A stretch of DNA of 46,585 nucleotides, from IMG/VR virus record IMGVR_UViG_3300032212_000026, positions 1 through 46,585 of that record. One strand, written 5' to 3'. The DNA comes from a virus. Its lineage: Duplodnaviria; Caudoviricetes. Below are positions 8,699 to 14,009 of this stretch, piece by piece (the first letter of the stretch is position 1; each line of letters opens with the position of its first letter). The position numbers were made by a program, and so were the translations under genes. The notes below the pieces were generated by a model, which saw only the letters and a program-made list of their open reading frames with translations, searched no databases and was not told where the DNA came from.

Positions 8699-8893
8699 TT
8701 ATGTTCTCCTTTTAGTTTTAGTTATTGTACTGTGTGTTGGTTTACTTGCATTAGTTATAAATGATCCGTTACTCTGTAGTTTTTCAGCTGTCCATGAAGA
8801 TGTTTTATATGCGTACCCATCTATTATACAGTACTTTACCTCTCCCCAATTAAATTTATTCATCCATGCGTACCTCGCTGTGTTAATAAACAT
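8699..8893 (-). CDS. Hypothetical protein
   Basis: 64 aa; uses the same cassette-derived SD and MFI start as 7018-7398. Confidence 0.65.
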   Translation of the reverse strand: MFINTARYAWMNKFNWGEVKYCIIDGYAYKTSSWTAEKLQSNGSFITNASKPTHSTITKTKRRT

Positions 8894-9082
8894 ATCATTG
8901 TTTCTCCTTTTTTAATTAGACCTAGACCAAGGCCTAGACCAAGGCCTATACCCAGACCCAGACCAAGACCAAGACCTATACCCAGACCAAGACCAAGACC
9001 TAAGCCTAGACCTAGACCTAGACCTAGACCTAAACCTAGCCCTAGACCTAGACCTTTGGTTAACTAAGTGCAGAGGGACAAC
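8883..9082. repeat. Duplicated cassette copy B
   Basis: Same 42-bp and 24-bp flanks as 7388-7551 around a longer, different hexamer array. Confidence 0.95.
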
Positions 9083-9094
9083 AGGTTGGTACAT
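8912..9094 (-). CDS. Ser-Arg/Trp/Gly dipeptide-repeat peptide B (60 aa)
   Basis: MYQPVVPLHLVNQRSRSRARFRSRSRSRSRLRSWSWSGYRSWSWSGSGYRPWSRPWSRSN*; ATG is 1 nt after the upstream stop. Confidence 0.8.
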   Translation of the reverse strand: MYQPVVPLHLVNQRSRSRARFRSRSRSRSRLRSWSWSGYRSWSWSGSGYRPWSRPWSRSN

Positions 9095-9095
9095 A

Positions 9096-9341
9096 TTAAA
9101 GTACCCCTATTAACGCAAGTAACCACATCCACATCATGACTACTGCTAACACAGTAACTAGTACAGCCAAGATAAGGACGAGCACAATTATCTTCATGAA
9201 CAAGTCATCTTTATGGTACACCCACATGCTAGGTATCTCTTCTGCGCACACTCGTATCAAACCTAGTGCTGCTATTGTACCTACTAAGCACAAGCTTATC
9301 CACACAGGTACAAACAAGATCGTTACTAATCCTACATCCAT
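9096..9341 (-). CDS. Membrane protein (two TM helices)
   Basis: Likely start MDVGLV at 9341 after GGAG; very hydrophobic. Confidence 0.7.
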   Translation of the reverse strand: MDVGLVTILFVPVWISLCLVGTIAALGLIRVCAEEIPSMWVYHKDDLFMKIIVLVLILAVLVTVLAVVMMWMWLLALIGVL

Positions 9342-9423
9342 CTTTCTTTCTCCTCTATAGGCCCCGTAAGGCTTGAGTGTTCTTGTGTTTAACAAAGTGT
9401 TCCATCGCAAACTCTGCTAGTTG

Positions 9424-9481
9424 GTTGAATACACATAAAGGGTACCAACTGTTACATCAGTACCCCTTAGACTTACTCAAC
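9424..9481 (-). other. RNase III-type processing hairpin
   Basis: Minus-strand RNA GUUGAGUA..UAAGGGGUACUGAU-loop-GUUGGUACCCUUUA..UAUUCAAC: two helices with an internal loop and the CCUUUAUG feature of T7 early RNase III sites. Confidence 0.7.
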
Positions 9482-9498
9482 GTGTGTGTGTGTGAGAA

Positions 9499-10005
9499 TT
9501 AGAGTTCAGCAGTAACCGCGTCGATCCGAGCGTTAACCTCGTCAAGAAGTTCTTTGGATACGTGGTCTGCACCCTTTGTCATCTCTTTTTTGCGGAACTG
9601 TTGGAGAGCCTTGCTCAGGTCCAAGAGGTTACGTACCTTAGGTTCCTTTGGCTCAGTGTCCTCTGGTTTTTCGAATGGGCTATGCGTGATAGCGTAATCA
9701 ATATTCCAGAGAGACTTGGTGTTATCATCCTTCGCACCCTTGGTAAGGTGGAAAGTTTTAAACGCCTTGTCATCATCCAAGCGTACACCGATAGGACCAG
9801 ACTTCTTAATCCAACCTAGTAGTGTAGCACTATCGCGCTCAGATTGAGAGAGCACAAAGGTATAGATAGGGTTGAAAACTGAAGGATCGTTATGTTCTGC
9901 TGCGTGGTGCAACAAATCAACCAAGTCATTCCAGATAACTTTAGCGTTACCTTGGCGAGACTTGTAACCTTCAATGATTGAGTTCTGAATGTTTGTATAT
10001 GTCAT
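9499..10005 (-). CDS. First early gene, conserved phage hypothetical protein
   Basis: 168 aa; the pattern HAAEHND...LLGW...PF resembles first-early proteins of phiKMV-like and related podoviruses; SD GAAGGA. Confidence 0.8.
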   Translation of the reverse strand: MTYTNIQNSIIEGYKSRQGNAKVIWNDLVDLLHHAAEHNDPSVFNPIYTFVLSQSERDSATLLGWIKKSGPIGVRLDDDKAFKTFHLTKGAKDDNTKSLWNIDYAITHSPFEKPEDTEPKEPKVRNLLDLSKALQQFRKKEMTKGADHVSKELLDEVNARIDAVTAEL

Positions 10006-10011
10006 GATTTA

Positions 10012-10070
10012 TCATCCTTCTAGTTAAACACGATCAACACCATGTTAATCATGTTAAACAGGAAGGATAA
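10012..10070 (-). other. Long hairpin (RNase III-type) sequestering the SD of 9499-10005
   Basis: AUCCUUC/GAAGGAU outer helix and a 13-bp AACAUGAUUAACA/UGUUGAUCGUGUU inner helix, with G-U pairs valid only on the minus strand. Confidence 0.75.
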
Positions 10071-10079
10071 CAAAAGGGA

Positions 10080-10559
10080 AAAGCGTATCGCTTATATGTT
10101 CATGCCCTGTTACCTGTCCGTTAAGCTTGATAGGTTTTCCACGTGCCACACTCGCTTACTCAATCAAAGCCTTGCCTTAACATGAGACTTATGGGCGCAC
10201 TTATCCCGTCTTAACATAGCCATAACAGCCACATTAACTAACCTTAAACCAATCACCGCCACACGTAGCCAAGGTACAAGCGTACCTCTTAACCGTTTCC
10301 TTTTATCGGCACTCATCGGTAGCTTCTCATCAAAGATAAACAAGGTTATCTAGAGCATAGCCGTGACAGGAACTTCCTGCATTTCACCCGCGAGCCGTTG
10401 TGGTTCGACATGATCATATAGGACCCGTTACCGTATATACCTCGTCATGTGACAAGGCCCGGACCACTTTATAACCGCTGTTTGGCGGTAGCCTTAATAA
10501 GCGAGGCCGCTAGGGTAAGGTGGCGATTCCCTCAAACAAGTGAGGTATAACCAAACCTT
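10080..10559 (-). ncRNA. Candidate large structured non-coding/leader RNA
   Basis: No ORF of 60 aa or more; at least nine helices, a long-range closing stem (10519-10528 with 10251-10263) and a possible pseudoknot found by eye; boundaries approximate. Confidence 0.55.
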
Positions 10560-10565
10560 GAACCA

Positions 10566-10593
10566 AACGTACGCCTTTGAACGAGGATTACAA
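10566..10593 (-). promoter_or_regulatory. Possible sigma70 promoter TTGTAA-N16-TACGTT for the early leader
   Basis: Weak consensus match, but it lies just 5' of the structured RNA and downstream of a CRP box. Confidence 0.35.
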
Positions 10594-10606
10594 GCCGATA
10601 GGGAGA

Positions 10607-10628
10607 AAGTGTGATGACCGTCACATTT
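10607..10628. promoter_or_regulatory. Near-consensus CRP-family box
   Basis: AAG TGTGA TGACCG TCACA TTT. Confidence 0.7.
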
Positions 10629-10675
10629 AAAGGATATGTCCAGACAAAGAGCAACAAGTGTTAAGGAACGCGCGT

Positions 10676-10692
10676 AGCAATAACCGTGCCAA
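10676..10692 (-). promoter_or_regulatory. Sigma54 (-24/-12) motif
   Basis: Minus strand TTGGCACGGTTATTGCT matches TGGCACG-N4-TTGCW. Confidence 0.7.
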
Positions 10693-10910
10693 GTACAGTG
10701 TTAATCGGTCACAAAGAGGGCTAAAACGAAAGGTCTGGGGTCTTTGGTACTCAGCCACCAGAAAGTAGAGATATCGCTGTACGAGGCTCTCAGAGCGTTT
10801 AAAGCACTATGTAAAGAATGTTTAACATTGAGTAAAGCAAACTTTACATGTTGTATAGGGAACCATAGGAAAGGAAGATAGGTTGTATATACTATTCAAG
10901 ATGTTACGAA

Positions 10911-10927
10911 AGCGAGAACCGTGCTAA
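10911..10927 (-). promoter_or_regulatory. Degenerate sigma54-like motif
   Basis: Minus strand TTAGCACGGTTCTCGCT; same spacing as 10676-10692 with three differences. Confidence 0.35.
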
Positions 10928-10962
10928 CTCTGAATTACAGAGTAAGTGACTACTCACTTCTA

Positions 10963-10979
10963 TGCAAGTTTAGTGCCAG
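10963..10979 (-). promoter_or_regulatory. Sigma54 (-24/-12) motif
   Basis: Minus strand CTGGCACTAAACTTGCA matches TGGCAC-N5-TTGCA. Confidence 0.65.
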
Positions 10980-11225
10980 TGTAACTATAAGGAATGTGCT
11001 ACCTTTGAGCACAACTGGGGGTAAGGGGGGTTGGGAGTGCCTCGTGTTTCAAAGAATTACACCTTCAAAATATCTCACATAAAATTTTACACACGTGAGA
11101 AAAAGGGCTAAATCATGTACACGCTGTAACCCGCAGTACGCCTAGGGGCACTTTGAATAACGTAAGGATAACAAGGGTTTAAGGTGTGTCAAGTTTCGCA
11201 TTTAACAATGTACAGACATTCACTA

Positions 11226-11238
11226 TAACCTATTGATA
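11226..11238 (-). promoter_or_regulatory. IHF consensus site
   Basis: Minus strand TATCAATAGGTTA matches WATCAANNNNTTR. Confidence 0.45.
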
Positions 11239-11260
11239 TCATTACACTATAAAAAAGTAC

Positions 11261-11289
11261 TTGACAAGTGAATATAAATTTGTTATAAT
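11261..11289 (+). promoter_or_regulatory. Consensus sigma70 promoter for the morphogenesis arm
   Basis: TTGACA-N17-TATAAT with TG extension and an upstream A-tract; followed by ATAG like the other two promoters. Confidence 0.9.
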
Positions 11290-11394
11290 ATAGTTGAAAG
11301 GTAAGGCTAATTGGGCTTTAGTTTCTCTATACAAGCTTTAACTCTTCTTTTGGTTAACCCGAGCGTTAGCGAGGTATATAGGTAAAATAGATCG

Positions 11395-11428
11395 TATAGC
11401 CATATAGCATAGTATAGCATAGTATAGC
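11395..11428. repeat. Short TATAGC repeats, mostly 10 bp apart
   Basis: TATAGC at 11395, 11403, 11413 and 11423. Confidence 0.8.
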
Positions 11429-11474
11429 TAAGTTAAATCTACGCGCACCAAACCGTTTTAAAAGAAGTATTAAT

Positions 11475-11978
11475 ATGACAGCTCCTAAACATAAAGCAAA
11501 CCTTAACCCAGATAAAAGGTTCCGTACTCCACAAGGTAAGTACAAGACCCAGATGATGTTTAAGGAGTGGTACCCGAACGAAGGAATGTACACGTTACAT
11601 GAGTTACGAGAAAAGTATTTGGAGATTGCTGACCCACTTGAGTACACGTTCGCAACAACGTACTTCGAGGATTGGGCACATTGGGAACACCTTTGTACTA
11701 TTGAGTGGTTTAAAAAAGAAGTAAGTAAATGGCGCTCTGAGTTAGCTGTAAAGATGCAAGCAGAAGGCCTAGCGCTCATAGTAGATGAAGTACGTAACGA
11801 AGGAAAGTCAGCCTTTAACGCTGCCAAGTTCTTGGTTAACAAAGACTGGGTAGAGAAGAAAGAGAAACCTGCTAAGACTAAACAACCAACTACCACAAAG
11901 AAAGAAAAGAACGAGATTAAAGAGTTGGCAGGACTTGACGAAGAAGTGGTAAAACACGCACAACGGATTCTTAACTAA
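11475..11978 (+). CDS. Putative terminase small subunit
   Basis: First gene of the plus arm; the pattern YLEIADPLEYTFA...WAHWEHL...WRSEL...AFNAAKFL resembles the TerS-position gene of SIO1/PA11-like phages. Confidence 0.65.
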   Translation: MTAPKHKANLNPDKRFRTPQGKYKTQMMFKEWYPNEGMYTLHELREKYLEIADPLEYTFATTYFEDWAHWEHLCTIEWFKKEVSKWRSELAVKMQAEGLALIVDEVRNEGKSAFNAAKFLVNKDWVEKKEKPAKTKQPTTTKKEKNEIKELAGLDEEVVKHAQRILN

Positions 11979-11979
11979 G

Positions 11980-12291
11980 ATGTCTGATAAACTATTTGGA
12001 TTAACACGTACAGAGTGGGCTGCACAGTCAGGCTTAAATGAACTTCAGTACTCTATCAACGACCACGCCCACAAAGCGTTGTTTGACCTAGTAGGGGTTA
12101 ACTCAGACCTTAACTACATGATGTGGACGTACCTAGTAGATGTAAAGGGGTTGAGCAGTGACTTAGCTTTACCTGATCTTCTTAGTTTGTGGGACGGTAC
12201 GTTTGTAGTCATCTCTGGTTCTCTCTTACTTCTTGAGACAGGAGATTTCCTCTTGTACGAGAACGGTACAGATAGAATTGTCTTTGAGTAG
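11980..12291 (+). CDS. Small virion-associated protein
   Basis: C-terminal LLLLETGDFLLYE motif typical of small proteins that precede phage fibre genes. Confidence 0.65.
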   Translation: MSDKLFGLTRTEWAAQSGLNELQYSINDHAHKALFDLVGVNSDLNYMMWTYLVDVKGLSSDLALPDLLSLWDGTFVVISGSLLLLETGDFLLYENGTDRIVFE

Positions 12292-12331
12292 AATTGAAAC
12301 ACCTGAACTTGAATAAAAAGGAGGCCCACTC

Positions 12332-14008
12332 GTGGCTGATACAAAACTAACTGGATTAACAAGCCTAGCCTCAGTTGCTGCGGGTGACATCCTTTATGCG
12401 GTAGACGACCCCGGTGGTTCACCTATCTCAAAGAAACTAGATGTAGATGTCCTCGACACTTACTTCAGTGCTACTACCAAGACCTTAACTAACAAAACTA
12501 TCGATGGTAACAACAACACCATCTCTAACCTAGTAATTGGTTCTGAAGTAACGGGAGCTTCAACAGCTCTTACTGATACTGCCGACATTACGTACAACGC
12601 AGACTTCACTAACCTAGCACAAGTCCTAGCGTTCGATACTACAGATTACGCTACAGCAGCACAAGGTGCTACAGCAGACTCAGCCATCCAACCGGGAGAC
12701 AACGTAACACAACTCGACGGTACAGCAGATAGGTTTATCTACGTTTCTTCTACAGGAGATGTTACTGAGATCGCCCTAGGTGCTAGTGGTACGTATCTTG
12801 AATCTCAAGGGGCTACATCAGTTCCTACGTGGTCAACACCCTCAGGCTCTGGAGATGTGTCTAAGGTAGGTACCCCAGTAAATGATCAAATAGGTGTGTG
12901 GACAGGTGACGGTACTATCGAAGGTACCTCTGGTCTTACTAAAACATCTACACAGTTTACAGCAGGTAACTATACCTTCAACACAGACCAAACAGTAGGT
13001 GCAGGACAAGATAACTACGTCCTTACTTACGATGATGCCTCTGGTGAGATTGGCCTAGAAGCCTCTGCTGGTGGTGGAGGTGGTGACGCTTGGAGTGATC
13101 CAGTAGACGCTGACATTGTTCCAGACGGTGACGGTACTAGAGACCTCGGCGCTACAGCCACTAGGTTTGCAGAGACGTACACTGATAAGCTCAACGTAAC
13201 AGGTTCTATCTTTCTCACAGAAAAGGCAGACGCTGATGCTGACGTAGCAGGAGACGGTCAACTCTGGGTTAACACAGCTACCCCTAACGAGCTGTACTTC
13301 ACTGATGACGCAGGTACAGACTTCAAACTAAGTAACTCAGAAGTCACAGGTACCTCAGGTCAAATTTACGTGTTTGATGGTACACCTGAACTCGCTGCTG
13401 TTACTATGAGTGGAGACGCTACTATTGCTGCCGGTGGAGCCCTCACTGTTAACGCAGCTAGTCTTACTGTAGCAGGTAAGATTGAGATCGCTACTGTAGC
13501 AGAAACTAACACAGGTACTGACGCGACACGAGCTGTATCTCCAGATGGCCTAGATGGTTGGACAGGTTCAGCACAAGTAACTACCCTCGGTACTATCGAT
13601 ACAGGTACGTGGGCTTCAGCTATCACTGGTTCAGCCTCTCACGCTGATACGATGTCTGGGTACGTTATCCAAGATTACGCTGTAGAGAACGCTTCACTTC
13701 CAGCGACTACAGGCACAATCACACTTGACTATACTAACGGACCAGACTTCTCAGGGCAATTAACTGGTAACTCAACTATAGCCTTTAGCAACTGGCCTCC
13801 TAGTGGGACCTTAGGTAAAGTAACTTTAGGTATTCAGAACGGTTCTTCGGCGTACACACTAGACATTACTACTAACGTTGATAACTGGCCGGGAGGTACT
13901 GTACCTACGTTCACTGCTTCAATTAACGCTTACGATGAGTTCGTTTTCTGGACTCGTGATGGTGGTACTACTGTTTACGGTGCTGCTGTCGGTCAGGATA
14001 TGTCTTAA
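12332..14008 (+). CDS. Tail/head fibre protein
   Basis: T/G/A/D-rich modular fibre: GSGDVSKVGTPVNDQIGVW, AGKIEIATVAETNTGTDATRAVSP, and a C-terminal WPGGTVPTFT...TRDGGTTVYG domain. Confidence 0.8.
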   Translation: MADTKLTGLTSLASVAAGDILYAVDDPGGSPISKKLDVDVLDTYFSATTKTLTNKTIDGNNNTISNLVIGSEVTGASTALTDTADITYNADFTNLAQVLAFDTTDYATAAQGATADSAIQPGDNVTQLDGTADRFIYVSSTGDVTEIALGASGTYLESQGATSVPTWSTPSGSGDVSKVGTPVNDQIGVWTGDGTIEGTSGLTKTSTQFTAGNYTFNTDQTVGAGQDNYVLTYDDASGEIGLEASAGGGGGDAWSDPVDADIVPDGDGTRDLGATATRFAETYTDKLNVTGSIFLTEKADADADVAGDGQLWVNTATPNELYFTDDAGTDFKLSNSEVTGTSGQIYVFDGTPELAAVTMSGDATIAAGGALTVNAASLTVAGKIEIATVAETNTGTDATRAVSPDGLDGWTGSAQVTTLGTIDTGTWASAITGSASHADTMSGYVIQDYAVENASLPATTGTITLDYTNGPDFSGQLTGNSTIAFSNWPPSGTLGKVTLGIQNGSSAYTLDITTNVDNWPGGTVPTFTASINAYDEFVFWTRDGGTTVYGAAVGQDMS

Positions 14009-14009
14009 T

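Noticed and set aside
7417-9094. Repeat pair as a DGR template/variable repeat, or as a CRISPR array
   Set aside because: No reverse transcriptase is encoded, the copies differ in length and at non-adenine positions, and there is no repeat-spacer architecture.
10292-10320. Hammerhead ribozyme core (CCGAUGAG...GAAAC)
   Set aside because: It has CCGAUGA rather than CUGAUGA, and no convincing stem II/III geometry.
11017-11035. G-quadruplex
   Set aside because: Only three separated G-tracts; better treated as a possible packaging-region motif.
10006-11474. tRNA, tmRNA or group I intron in the non-coding region
   Set aside because: No cloverleaf with a TTC T-loop and CCA, no tag-peptide frame, and no P/Q/R/S core motifs were recognisable.
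11366-11896. 176-aa minus-strand ORF and the many other antisense ORFs in the track
   Set aside because: They are shadows of well-supported genes on the opposite strand, without SD or motifs.
13878-14009. N-terminal extension of the 997-aa ORF in the track
   Set aside because: It overlaps the fibre gene out of frame; the ATG at 14010 directly follows the upstream stop.
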